This document shows, in pieces, positions 11,854-20,644 of a stretch of 63,849 nt of DNA. Origin of the DNA: an uncultured Hyphomicrobiales bacterium. GTDB taxonomy: Bacteria; Pseudomonadota; Alphaproteobacteria; Rhizobiales; Hyphomicrobiaceae. A program made the position numbers and the translations under genes. Position 1 is the first letter of the stretch; the number at the start of each line of letters is the position of its first letter. The DNA is taken from the NCBI GenBank assembly GCA_902826255.1, contig CADEEC010000001.1:1-63849 (forward strand). Direction: 5' to 3'. The notes beneath the pieces are model-generated. The model searched no databases. It saw only the letters and a list, made by a program, of their open reading frames with translations, and was not told the origin of the DNA.

Positions 11854-12408
11854 TCAAGCAGCGGGGCGATAGAACAGGAGAACGCCGCCGCCTTGGATCG
11901 GCTCCGCCTTGATGAGATCAAGGCGCTGGCGTTCGTCCGTCGGCTTGAACATCGGCGCGCCGCCGGTCTTGCCGAGCAGGAGCGGGGCGATGCAGAGGCG
12001 ATACTCGTCGATGAGGCCCGCTTCGCGCAGTGACGAAGTCAACTTCGCGCTGCCGAAGACGAAGATGTTCTTATCGCCCGCGTCATTCTTGAGCGCCCTC
12101 ACATCGTCGATCGAACGCAGGAGGCGAGAGTTGTTCCAATCCGCCTTCGTAAGCGTTGTCGACACGACCGCTTTCGGCGCACTGTTCATGGCGGGTGCTT
12201 CGTCGTCGGTGGATTTCGTCCAGTAGTCGCGCATGCCTTCGTAGGTGTTGCGGCCGAACAGCAGGATCGTGGCTTCGGCGAGTTGCTCGTCGGAAAGCTT
12301 CTTCAGCTCCGGCCCCCAGACCGTCTCATGGATGGAGAGATCCCAGGGCTTCGCGCCTTCGAAGGCGCCGTCGAGCGACATGATGTTCCAGATGATGAGC
12401 TTGGCCAT
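11854..12408 (-). CDS. dihydrofolate-reductase-like (RibD C-terminal domain) family protein
   Basis: 184 aa. N-terminus KLIIWNIMSLDGAFEG, LLFGRNTYEG, FVFGSAKL, YRLCIAPLLLG are typical of this family. Confidence 0.8.
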   Translation of the reverse strand: MAKLIIWNIMSLDGAFEGAKPWDLSIHETVWGPELKKLSDEQLAEATILLFGRNTYEGMRDYWTKSTDDEAPAMNSAPKAVVSTTLTKADWNNSRLLRSIDDVRALKNDAGDKNIFVFGSAKLTSSLREAGLIDEYRLCIAPLLLGKTGGAPMFKPTDERQRLDLIKAEPIQGGGVLLFYRPAA

Positions 12409-12410
12409 GG

Positions 12411-12890
12411 TCAGTTTGCCTTCGCCAGGTATTCGTCGAGCTTGCCGAGCAGTTCTTGCCAGCCTTGCTCGCGCATTTTAACGCCGTCGGCGCCGTCGAA
12501 AAATGCGCCGTGCTCGGTGAGGATGAAGCGCGTGCCTTTGTCGGCGGCGTGTAGCTCGACCGTGGCGAGCGAGATGGAAAAGCGCATGCCGTCGCGCGCC
12601 ATCGAGTAGGTGAAGACGATGCGTTCGTTTGCAATGATCTCGTTGAACACGGTGTCGTTGCTGAACGTTGTGTTCGGCGGGAATGGGTTGTTGCCGCCGG
12701 CGACGCGGAAGGTGCTGGTCTCGGTTCCGCGTTCGCGGAAGTCGAGTTCGTAGCTTCGAATGTCCCAGCCTTCGCCCTCGGCGAACCAGGCGCGCTTGGC
12801 TTTGGGATCGGCCCAGGCGGCGAAGATGCGTTCGGGGGAGGCGTTGTAGCGGCGCTCTATGATGAAGGAGCCGTGTGTTGTCGTGGTCAT
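12411..12890 (-). CDS. SRPBCC (Aha1/BPI domain) family protein, paralogue 1
   Basis: 159 aa. FIIERRYNASPERIFAAWADP opening and overall pattern shared with the two adjacent paralogues. Confidence 0.85.
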   Translation of the reverse strand: MTTTTHGSFIIERRYNASPERIFAAWADPKAKRAWFAEGEGWDIRSYELDFRERGTETSTFRVAGGNNPFPPNTTFSNDTVFNEIIANERIVFTYSMARDGMRFSISLATVELHAADKGTRFILTEHGAFFDGADGVKMREQGWQELLGKLDEYLAKAN

Positions 12891-12897
12891 GGCATCC

Positions 12898-13356
12898 TCA
12901 CGTGTTCAGGTAGGTGGCGAGCTGGTTGAGCAGCTCATTGGTGCCGCGTTCGCGTTCGGCAGCGTTGTCGATGCCATCGAGAAACGCGCCTTGCTCGGTC
13001 AGCACAAGCTTCGTGCCGGCGCCGTTCGGCTTGAACTCCATGGTGGCAAGCGACACCGAGGTGCGCTTCTCATTCATGTGCATCTCGTAGGACGAGACGA
13101 TGCGTTCGTTTTGCGTGATCTCCCAGATCTCGGCGTTGTAGTAGTGGACCGCACCGCCCGGCGGGCCGCCGCTCACGCTCTCTTTGCCGCCGACACGGAA
13201 GTCGAGCTTGTGGTTGGACTTGTCCCAGTTCTCAGGACCGACGAACCATTTGGCTTTCGATGCCGGATGGGCGAACGCGGCGAAAACTTTCGCGGGCGGA
13301 TGCGCGTAGTCGCGTTCGATAACGAACGTGGCGTGCGTGACAGAGCGCTTGGTCAT
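12898..13356 (-). CDS. SRPBCC (Aha1/BPI domain) family protein, paralogue 2
   Basis: 152 aa. FVIERDYAHPPAKVFAAFAHP opening. ATGA overlap with the upstream paralogue. Confidence 0.85.
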   Translation of the reverse strand: MTKRSVTHATFVIERDYAHPPAKVFAAFAHPASKAKWFVGPENWDKSNHKLDFRVGGKESVSGGPPGGAVHYYNAEIWEITQNERIVSSYEMHMNEKRTSVSLATMEFKPNGAGTKLVLTEQGAFLDGIDNAAERERGTNELLNQLATYLNT

Positions 13357-13805
13357 TGTGCGAATTCCTTGGCGAGATTGTCGAGCGCGGCGTTCCAGCC
13401 GAATTGGTAGCCTTGCTCCATGCCGGCCTCGTCGAACGAAGCGATCTGTAGCGTGAGCGCCAGGTGCGTGGCGCTTACTTGCGGCGTAAGCGCCACGGAG
13501 ATGAGCGCGGCCGAGACACGTTTGCCGCCGTGCGTCACGTCTTCGGCGAAGACGATGCGCTCATCTTTGCGGATGTCGATGTAAGTGACGGTCGCGACAT
13601 AGTCGGCGTTGCCGGGTTCGATGCAACGCGAAACGTCGCGGCCGCCTTCGCGAAAATCGGCCTCTTCATATTCGATGCGGATTCCATCGGCCGGCGCGGA
13701 CCAACGCTTGCGCGCTTCGACGTCGGCCCAAGCCGCGAAGACGCGCGCGGCCGAGGCGTTGTAGGTGCGTTCCATGACGATGGTGGTGTGAGCTAGTTTC
13801 GTCAT
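13353..13805 (-). CDS. SRPBCC (Aha1/BPI domain) family protein, paralogue 3
   Basis: Trimmed to ATG 13805 (MTKLAHTTIVMERTYNASAARVFAAWAD). The track start at 13811 is TTG. Confidence 0.85.
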   Translation of the reverse strand: MTKLAHTTIVMERTYNASAARVFAAWADVEARKRWSAPADGIRIEYEEADFREGGRDVSRCIEPGNADYVATVTYIDIRKDERIVFAEDVTHGGKRVSAALISVALTPQVSATHLALTLQIASFDEAGMEQGYQFGWNAALDNLAKEFAQ

Positions 13806-13807
13806 GA

Positions 13808-14443
13808 TCAAGCGCCCGGATACATGTGAAAGAGCGGCTCCGACCCCTTAACGGCGCGAGCAAACGCGGGCCAGGCCTTCAAGCGTTCGAGATAAGCGGT
13901 GATGCGGGGGAAGGCGCCGTCGAGCGTGATGTTGCGCGTGCTGTACCAGAGCGATGGCGCGGCGGAGACGTCTGCGAGTGTGAGGTTGTCGCCAACGATG
14001 ACGTTTCGGTCCCCGAGCTGTGCTTCCACCACAGTGTAGAGTTTTCGGACGGCGACCTTCGCAGCTTCGACGCCGACGGGATCGTGCTGACCCTCCTGGC
14101 GCACATTATCCATGACGACCTTCGTCATCGTCGTGCCGATCGTGTCGAACAGGCGATCCCAACGGCGCACTTCGAGCGCGGTGTCGAAATCCTTCGGCAC
14201 GAAGCGCGTGCGCCCCGGATAGTAGGCGTCGAGGTATTCGATGATCACGCTGGTCTCGGTGATCATCTGCTTGCGGTCGTTGTCGACCAGCACTGGAAAC
14301 GTGCCGAGTGGCCACTTCGCCAAGAAGTCCGGATACGTGTTTTGATCGAGCGTCACAAACTCGAACGGCGTGTCGTTCTCGTAGAGCGCCGCGAGCACTT
14401 TCCAGGTGTAGGAAGAGATGGGGTGACCATAGAGCGTGAGCAT
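13808..14443 (-). CDS. glutathione S-transferase family protein
   Basis: Trimmed to ATG 14443 (MLTLYGHPISSYTWKV). GTFPVLV motif. Its start shares one base with the arsR-family stop. Confidence 0.85.
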   Translation of the reverse strand: MLTLYGHPISSYTWKVLAALYENDTPFEFVTLDQNTYPDFLAKWPLGTFPVLVDNDRKQMITETSVIIEYLDAYYPGRTRFVPKDFDTALEVRRWDRLFDTIGTTMTKVVMDNVRQEGQHDPVGVEAAKVAVRKLYTVVEAQLGDRNVIVGDNLTLADVSAAPSLWYSTRNITLDGAFPRITAYLERLKAWPAFARAVKGSEPLFHMYPGA

Positions 14444-14775
14444 CAATCGTCCTTCGTTTCATCGAGAAATTGGCCGAGGCGATCCAAGCGGCGCTCCCAG
14501 AGGGCGCGGCGTTCGGCGATCCAGTGTTCGGCTTGGGTGAGAACCTTCGGCTCAATCCGGCAGGTGCGGGTGCGGCCGATCTTTTCAGAGACAACGAGCC
14601 CTGAGGCTTCGAGCACGGCGAGGTGCTGCATCACGCCGGGCAGCGACATCGCCAAAGGCTTGGCCAGTTCGCTGACGGTCGCGGGCCCTTGAACGAGGCG
14701 GTCGACCATGGCGCGGCGGCTAGGGTCGGCGAGGGCCTGAAAGGCCAAGTCCAAATGGGCTTCGGCTCTGAACAT
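14443..14775 (-). CDS. ArsR/SmtB family transcriptional regulator
   Basis: 110 aa. FQALADPSRRAMVDRL and the winged-helix segment VSELAKPLAMSLPGVMQHLAVLEASGLV. First gene of the minus-strand operon. Confidence 0.9.
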   Translation of the reverse strand: MFRAEAHLDLAFQALADPSRRAMVDRLVQGPATVSELAKPLAMSLPGVMQHLAVLEASGLVVSEKIGRTRTCRIEPKVLTQAEHWIAERRALWERRLDRLGQFLDETKDD

Positions 14776-14798
14776 ATCACTTAACTAATCACTTAAGT
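14776..14798. promoter_or_regulatory. AT-rich tandem direct repeat ATCACTTAA-CTA-ATCACTTAA abutting the arsR-family start codon (candidate operator/promoter)
   Basis: Repeat copies at 14776-14784 and 14788-14796. The second runs into the 8-bp palindrome ACTTAAGT. Unusually A/T-rich for this DNA. Confidence 0.3.
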
Positions 14799-14870
14799 AT
14801 GGTCCGGCAAGCCCCGATTGCATCCAATTTGCGCGGCGGTGGCTGCATACTCTCGAAAACGGAGACTCAA

Positions 14871-15266
14871 ATGATCAGTGCTGGCTGGGACCCATGGATG
14901 GTCGCGTTCTTTATTTTTGCGGCGGTGACGATCTCGATGATCGGCGCCGGTTGGGCGCAATATCTTGAGCACCAGCGCCGCAAGCAGGCGATGGACGTGA
15001 TCAAGGCGGCCATGGAAGCAGGCCGCGACCCACCGCAGATCATCTACGATCAGCTGTCCAAGTCGGGCGGAAAGCCGCCATGGAGCGAAGTGGTGGTGTT
15101 CACCGCGCTCGGCTTCGGTTTCTGGATCGCATTCTCTCAAGCTGACGGCGATAGCCGCACCGCCTTTCTTGTCGTCGCATCAACGATGACGGTCACCGCA
15201 CTCGGGTGCTTGGCGCTCGCCATCATGCGTCCGGGCGGCGGCGGCAAAGACGATGAGTCCGAATGA
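14871..15266 (+). CDS. small membrane protein, triad 1 gene 1 (131 aa)
   Basis: Trimmed to ATG 14871 preceded by GGAG. One N-terminal TM, a helical segment AMDVIKAAMEAGRDPPQIIYDQL, then two C-terminal TMs. 14-nt overlap with the following sigma-factor gene. Confidence 0.65.
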   Translation: MISAGWDPWMVAFFIFAAVTISMIGAGWAQYLEHQRRKQAMDVIKAAMEAGRDPPQIIYDQLSKSGGKPPWSEVVVFTALGFGFWIAFSQADGDSRTAFLVVASTMTVTALGCLALAIMRPGGGGKDDESE

Positions 15267-15789
15267 CGAAGCGCGTCTCATCGCTGCGGCGCGCAAAGGA
15301 GATAGCCGCGCATACGCCGCTTTGGTTGACGCGCATCAGCAAGCCGTACGCGGGTTTTTGCGCCGTTTTGCAGGGCATTGGGCCGATGCGGACGATCTTG
15401 CGCAGGAGGCGTTCGTGACCGCGTGGCGCAAACTTGCGCGCTTCGAAGGCCGTTCGAGTTTTCGCTCATGGGTGAGCGGCATCGGCTTTCGCATCGCGCG
15501 TGACGCCAAGCGCGCACACGGCCGGGCTCAGGTTCGCGATAGCGATTGGCTGAACGAGCAAGACGCGGGCGAAGAGGGCGCGCCCGTTGAAGATCGCATC
15601 GCAGTCACGCGCGCGATGGCCGAACTGCCGGACGAACAGCGCGCCGTGGTGGCGCTCTGTTTGGGAGAAGGCTTCTCGCACAGCGAAGCAGCTGAGATAT
15701 TGAAACTGCCGCTCGGGACGGTGAAATCACATGTGACGCGCGGGCGCGAACGTCTGCTGCGCGCGTTGGAGACTGAAGATGGACGCTGA
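15253..15789 (+). CDS. ECF-type RNA polymerase sigma-70 family factor (triad 1)
   Basis: Region 2 (DADDLAQEAFVTAW, FRSWVSGI) and region 4 (EAAEILKLPLGTVKSHVTRGRERL) signatures. 178 aa. Confidence 0.9.
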   Translation: MSPNDEARLIAAARKGDSRAYAALVDAHQQAVRGFLRRFAGHWADADDLAQEAFVTAWRKLARFEGRSSFRSWVSGIGFRIARDAKRAHGRAQVRDSDWLNEQDAGEEGAPVEDRIAVTRAMAELPDEQRAVVALCLGEGFSHSEAAEILKLPLGTVKSHVTRGRERLLRALETEDGR

Positions 15790-16087
15790 AGCCCGTCTCG
15801 CCGCCGCCCTTGGCGCTGCCGCCGCTCCGGCGCGCGATCCGGCGTTCACGCTGGCCGTCATCCGCGCGGCGGAGGCAGACCGTTTCAAAACTGAGGCGCT
15901 GCGTTCGATGTTGAGTTCGGGTGCGGTAGCGGCTGCTGCTGCCTGTTTGATGCTTCTGCTTGCCGGCTGGACGGCGGTGAACTGGCAGGGCGTTCAGGGT
16001 GGCATTCTTGGCGCTGGCGGCATTTTCGCCCTGGTGGCGACCGCCCGGCTCATGACACAACGTTTAGCACCTGCGGCGGCCCGCTGA
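15779..16087 (+). CDS. small membrane protein, putative cognate anti-sigma (triad 1, 102 aa)
   Basis: Start overlaps the sigma gene by 11 nt. Short cytoplasmic N-terminus (DPAFTLAVIRAAEADRF), then two hydrophobic helices. No HxxxCxxC zinc anti-sigma motif. Confidence 0.5.
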   Translation: MDAEARLAAALGAAAAPARDPAFTLAVIRAAEADRFKTEALRSMLSSGAVAAAAACLMLLLAGWTAVNWQGVQGGILGAGGIFALVATARLMTQRLAPAAAR

Positions 16088-16166
16088 GCGCCTGCATCCA
16101 AAGCCCGGTCTCAGCGCATCTAGACTGCAAAAGGGGCATTAGACCCCGGGCTATGGAGACACCTCA

Positions 16167-16559
16167 ATGGATGCGGATATCTTTGTTCCGTTTCTCTTTT
16201 TCGGATTTTTGGCGGCCATTATCCTGGTCCCCATCTACCTCAAAGAGCGGACGCGCCAATCGGCGCATCACCTGATCGCTCAGGCCTTGGAGAAGGGCCA
16301 ACAGCTCGATCCTGCCCTGATGCGCAGCCTTACCGACGGCCAAAAGAAGCCCCAGGACAAAGCTCGTTCGAGCCTTGGCGCGGGCATCGTGCTCTTGGCC
16401 TTGGGCGGCGGTTTCGCGGCGGCGGGCTATTTCGTCGGCGGCTACGCTGAAGAAGCCTTCAACGGCATGATGGTCCCGGCCGTCATTTTGGGCGCACTCG
16501 GCGTCGCCTTTATCCTGCTCGCCATCGTCGATTATGCGACAAAGAAGAAGGAAGACTGA
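16167..16559 (+). CDS. small membrane protein, triad 2 gene 1 (130 aa)
   Basis: GGAGAC RBS. Same architecture as 14871..15266: TM, helical HLIAQALEKGQQLDPALMRSL, two C-terminal TMs. Confidence 0.65.
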   Translation: MDADIFVPFLFFGFLAAIILVPIYLKERTRQSAHHLIAQALEKGQQLDPALMRSLTDGQKKPQDKARSSLGAGIVLLALGGGFAAAGYFVGGYAEEAFNGMMVPAVILGALGVAFILLAIVDYATKKKED

Positions 16560-16569
16560 GTGGTAACCT

Positions 16570-17127
16570 GTGGCGTCTCGGGGGTTCACACATCTGGCGG
16601 AGGCCACAGAAGCTGCGCTGATTATCGCAGCCCAGGCCAAAGACCAGGCGGCCTTCGGGGAGCTGGTGAAGCGTCGCCAAGGCTGGGCTCGCGCCTTGCT
16701 ACGGAGAATGTGCCAGAGCCACGCTGAAGCTGACGATCTCGCTCAAGAGGCGTTCATCAAGGCGTGGGATAGATTGAGAGACTTGGAAACCCCGGCAGCT
16801 TTTCCGGGTTGGTTTAGGAGAATAGCGGTCACCACGTTCCTGATGGCAAAGCGACGCCAGAAGGCCGTGTTTGAGGAGATCACTGACGCATCACCTCTCG
16901 CGTCAGAGGAATCCACGCCGGAAGCCGCAGCCGGAGCAAAGCTCGATCTGGAAAGAGCACTTGCCAGATTGTCCGATGCTGAGAGACTTTGTGTGACGCT
17001 GAACCACGGAGAAGGGCTCAGTCACTCAGAGATAGTCGAAATCACAGGTCTTCCCCTGGGCACTGTGAAATCACACGTACTAAGGGGGACAGACAAACTT
17101 AGACGGCTATTGGACCCAGATTCATGA
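16570..17127 (+). CDS. ECF-type RNA polymerase sigma-70 family factor (triad 2)
   Basis: GTG start. AEADDLAQEAFIKAW (region 2) and HSEIVEITGLPLGTVKSHVLRGTDKL (region 4). Clear paralogue of 15253..15789. Confidence 0.9.
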   Translation: MASRGFTHLAEATEAALIIAAQAKDQAAFGELVKRRQGWARALLRRMCQSHAEADDLAQEAFIKAWDRLRDLETPAAFPGWFRRIAVTTFLMAKRRQKAVFEEITDASPLASEESTPEAAAGAKLDLERALARLSDAERLCVTLNHGEGLSHSEIVEITGLPLGTVKSHVLRGTDKLRRLLDPDS

Positions 17128-17513
17128 CTGACTTCGACGCCCTGTTGAAGCGCTCCTTCGCGGAGGCTCATGAACCCGCAGATGACGGGTTCGTGGTCAA
17201 CGTTGGCCACGCGGTGGCCAAGCGTGAGGCGAGCCTGAAGTTGCGCGGCTACATGCAGCTTGGCGCGATCACGATCGGCGCTGCCGCCGTCTCGTGGGGC
17301 CTTTACGGTTTTGCCGGCGTGTTCGGCCAAGAAATCATGGCGTCGGTCGGCCTCGAAGTGGCCCGCGCGCACGCTGCTGTCAGCACCGCGCCGGATGCAG
17401 GCGCCGCCGCTCAAGGCTTCATCCAGTCGATGGGTGCGGGCCTGACGCAAATCCTGCTGGTCACGGCCGCTTTGGCCGGTGGCGCAGTCGCCTATCGCGC
17501 GACGCAGGACTAA
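17124..17513 (+). CDS. small membrane protein, putative cognate anti-sigma (triad 2, 129 aa)
   Basis: ATGA overlap with the sigma gene. Short N-terminus (EPADDGFVVNVGHAVAKRE), two hydrophobic helices, no ZAS motif. Confidence 0.5.
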   Translation: MTDFDALLKRSFAEAHEPADDGFVVNVGHAVAKREASLKLRGYMQLGAITIGAAAVSWGLYGFAGVFGQEIMASVGLEVARAHAAVSTAPDAGAAAQGFIQSMGAGLTQILLVTAALAGGAVAYRATQD

Positions 17514-17633
17514 GCCGAACTCACCCCATTCAAGCAAAGGCGGTCCGATGGGCCGCCTTTCGCGTATCTGGCCTCGGTGCTGGCGCCGCACTGCAGCAAA
17601 GGCTATGACGCTGCGCTAATAGCGAGGCCTCCC

Positions 17634-18503
17634 ATGTCCCGTCACGTCGAAGCCCCGATCCGCCGTCAGAGCGCCCCCGACATCCGCGCGCGCAAGGGCG
17701 GCGATCCGATCGTCTGCCTCACCGCGTACACCGCGCCTGTCGCCGAAATTCTCGACGAACATTGCGACGTGCTGCTGGTCGGCGACAGCGTCGGCATGGT
17801 GGTTCACGGCATGCCGAACACGGTCGGCGTTACGCTCGAGATGATGATCATGCACGGCCAAGCCGTGATGCGTACCGCCAAGCGTGCGCTCGTCGTTGTC
17901 GACATGCCGTTCGGTTCTTACGAGGCCAGCGCCGAGCAAGCGTTCGCCAACGCCACGCGCATTTTGAAGGAAACCGGCGCGCAGGCCGTGAAGGTCGAAG
18001 CCGGCACCTACATTGCCGGCACGATCGCCTATCTGGTGCAGCGCGGCATTCCAGTGATGGGCCATGTCGGCCTCCGGCCCCAAGCCGTGAACGTGGACGG
18101 GAAATTCCGGGCTAAGGGCCGCACCAAGGAAGAGCGCGCCCAGGTCCTGGCCGAGGCCCGCGCCGCCGACGAAGCGGGCGCTTTCGCCATCGTCGTTGAG
18201 GGTGTGGATGAAACGCTCGCCCCCGAAATAACTGCGGCTGTGAAGGCCCCGACCATCGGTATCGGAGCGTCCGCCCAGTGTGACGGCCAGATCCTGGTCA
18301 CGGACGACCTTTTGGGGCTTTTTGACTGGACCCCGAAATTTGTCCGCCGGTACGCCAATCTGAAGGCCGAGATCGGCAAGGCGGCTGCCAACTACGCTGC
18401 CGACGTCAAAGCCCGCCGTTTTCCTGCCGCAGCCGAGACCTATGCCCTGGGCGGCGGAAAGGCGCGGCGCCCGCGCGTTGCCGGGGGCGACGAGCGCGGC
18501 TAG
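17634..18503 (+). CDS. panB: 3-methyl-2-oxobutanoate hydroxymethyltransferase
   Basis: Trimmed to ATG 17634. [36 protein letters not shown] and GHVGLRPQ motifs. Confidence 0.93.
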   Translation: MSRHVEAPIRRQSAPDIRARKGGDPIVCLTAYTAPVAEILDEHCDVLLVGDSVGMVVHGMPNTVGVTLEMMIMHGQAVMRTAKRALVVVDMPFGSYEASAEQAFANATRILKETGAQAVKVEAGTYIAGTIAYLVQRGIPVMGHVGLRPQAVNVDGKFRAKGRTKEERAQVLAEARAADEAGAFAIVVEGVDETLAPEITAAVKAPTIGIGASAQCDGQILVTDDLLGLFDWTPKFVRRYANLKAEIGKAAANYAADVKARRFPAAAETYALGGGKARRPRVAGGDERG

Positions 18504-18536
18504 CTTGCCCGCGATTTTGGGGGACCAGGCTGGCGC

Positions 18537-19283
18537 TTGCCGAGCCTTGAGGGTCAGGAACGGCGTGTGACCAACGAAACCGATAGATTTGTCAATGAAG
18601 TCGATGAGAGCCTGCGGCAGGATCGCATGCTGGGCTTTGCCCGTAGGTTCGGCCCTTACCTGATTGGCGTGTTCGTACTGATCATCGCCGCGGTTGGCGG
18701 CTGGCAGGTTTGGCAACACCAACGCATTGAGGGCGCGCGCCGACATGCCGACGCATATCATGCGGCGCAGCTGATGGTGCAGGAAGGCAACTTCGACGGC
18801 GCGAAAACCGAGTTTGAACGCCTCTCCAACGAAGGTCCGCAGACTTACCGCGTCATGGCTCGCATGGAGCACGCGGCGATCCTATCGACGCAAGGCGATC
18901 TCGAAGCGGCGCTCGCCGAGTTCGATGCAGCAGCCGAAGCGGCAACGGATCCGACCATGCGCGAGAGCGCGCAATTGCGCGCCGCTTACATCGCTGCCGA
19001 CACGCAGGACTTTGCCGCGCTGCGCACGCGCTTGCAGCCACTCATCGATTCCGACACTCGCGTTTCGTATCTCGCGAAAGAACTGTTGGCGATCGAAGCG
19101 TGGGAAGCCGGTGACCTCACGCTCGCCCGCGACACGCTGCAAGAGCTAACGCTCGCATTTGAGGCGCCGGACTCCATGCGTCAGCGCGCGCAAGTCGCGC
19201 TGAGCGTGATCGGCTCCGCACCAGAAGAAACACCAGCGGACGGCGCGCAAGCGCCCGCGCCATCCGAAGGAGAAACGAAATGA
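18537..19283 (+). CDS. YfgM-like TPR/ancillary SecYEG-associated family protein
   Basis: N-terminal anchor LIGVFVLIIAAVGGWQVW followed by TPR-like helices. Sits directly upstream of bamB with an ATGA overlap, as yfgM does. The start may instead be GTG 18567. Confidence 0.7.
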   Translation: MPSLEGQERRVTNETDRFVNEVDESLRQDRMLGFARRFGPYLIGVFVLIIAAVGGWQVWQHQRIEGARRHADAYHAAQLMVQEGNFDGAKTEFERLSNEGPQTYRVMARMEHAAILSTQGDLEAALAEFDAAAEAATDPTMRESAQLRAAYIAADTQDFAALRTRLQPLIDSDTRVSYLAKELLAIEAWEAGDLTLARDTLQELTLAFEAPDSMRQRAQVALSVIGSAPEETPADGAQAPAPSEGETK

Positions 19284-20632
19284 ACCCGTTGCGTCCGGTC
19301 GCCCTTATCGCGGCCGCTGCAGCCTTGTCTGCGTGCTCCACTGTGAGCCGTCTCAATCCGTTTGACGGCGGCGGCAATGACGCGCCGGTGCAAACCGCGC
19401 CTCAGGATGGACGTCAATCGATCCTGGCGTTCGAGCAGCAGCTCACGGTCGACCCAGCTCTTGCCGCGCGCACAATCACTGTGCCGCCGGCGGTTTCCGT
19501 TGCTGAATGGAGCCAACCGGGTGGCACGGCTGACAACTCGCCGCCTCAGTCCAGCGGCGCTGGCACGCTCGAGCAAGCGTGGCGCACGAATCTAGGCGCC
19601 GGCTCGAACAATCGCGTGAAGATTGCGGCGCCGCCCGTTATCGCCGATGGCCGCCTCTATTTCCTTGATGCTGACCACCGCGTTCACGCTGTCAGCGCCA
19701 CCGATGGCTCGCGCGTATGGGACGAACGTTTGCGTCCTGAGGATAGCCGTGATCGCGTCGCGCGAGGTGGTGGTGTCGCCGCGGGCGGCGGCCGGGTTTA
19801 TGTCAGCACCGGCTTTGGCTTTGTCGCAGCGCTCGATGGCGCCACAGGCGATCAAGTGTGGCGCGTGCAGTTGAATGCGCCGCTGCAATCGGCGCCTACG
19901 TTTGCGGGTGGGCGCGTATACGCGGTCACCAATGACAGTGAACTCATCGCACTCGACGCTGCAACCGGCGCTGTAAGTTGGAACTATCAGGCCATCGCCG
20001 AGCCTGCGCGCATCCTCGCCGCGCCGAGTGTGGCCATCGACGGCGAAACCGTTGTTGCGCCATTCGCTTCCGGTGAACTCGTCGCGCTTCTTTCGGCAAA
20101 CGGACGCCGACTGTGGTCGGATTCTCTCTCACGTTCAGGCCGGCTGACATCGCTCTCAGCGATCAACGATATCGCGGGGCGTCCCGTAATCGACGGTGGT
20201 GCGGTGTATGCGGCAAGCCATTCCGGCTTGCTCGCGGCGATCGATCTTCGCAGCGGTCAACGCATGTGGGCGCGCTCGTTTGCATCGACGCAAACGCCGT
20301 GGGTTTCGGGCGAAGTTCTCTACGCCGTCAGTGTCGACGGCGAACTGGCGGCGTTCGAGCGCCGGACGGGCAACATCTTCTGGGTGAGCCAGCTACGGCG
20401 CTATCGCGACGAGAATGATCGCCGTGGTCGCATCGCCTGGACCGGCCCGATCATGGTCGGCGGCCGCCTGATCTTGGCCAACTCGGAAGGTGAAGTGGTT
20501 GCCGTGTCGCCGGCGAATGGCCAAACGCTGGCCACCGGTGACGTGAGCCAATCCGTCTTCATTCCGCCGATCGCCGCCAACGAGCACATCTACATCGTTA
20601 CCGACGAAGCACGCCTCGTCGTTCTGAATTGA
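19280..20632 (+). CDS. bamB: outer-membrane assembly lipoprotein BamB (PQQ-like beta-propeller)
   Basis: Lipobox-like AAAALSACS, repeated propeller blades (G.VYA...DG.L.A.D..TG...W), conserved yfgM-bamB-der order. Confidence 0.85.
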   Translation: MNPLRPVALIAAAAALSACSTVSRLNPFDGGGNDAPVQTAPQDGRQSILAFEQQLTVDPALAARTITVPPAVSVAEWSQPGGTADNSPPQSSGAGTLEQAWRTNLGAGSNNRVKIAAPPVIADGRLYFLDADHRVHAVSATDGSRVWDERLRPEDSRDRVARGGGVAAGGGRVYVSTGFGFVAALDGATGDQVWRVQLNAPLQSAPTFAGGRVYAVTNDSELIALDAATGAVSWNYQAIAEPARILAAPSVAIDGETVVAPFASGELVALLSANGRRLWSDSLSRSGRLTSLSAINDIAGRPVIDGGAVYAASHSGLLAAIDLRSGQRMWARSFASTQTPWVSGEVLYAVSVDGELAAFERRTGNIFWVSQLRRYRDENDRRGRIAWTGPIMVGGRLILANSEGEVVAVSPANGQTLATGDVSQSVFIPPIAANEHIYIVTDEARLVVLN

Positions 20633-20644
20633 TGTTGGGCGCCC

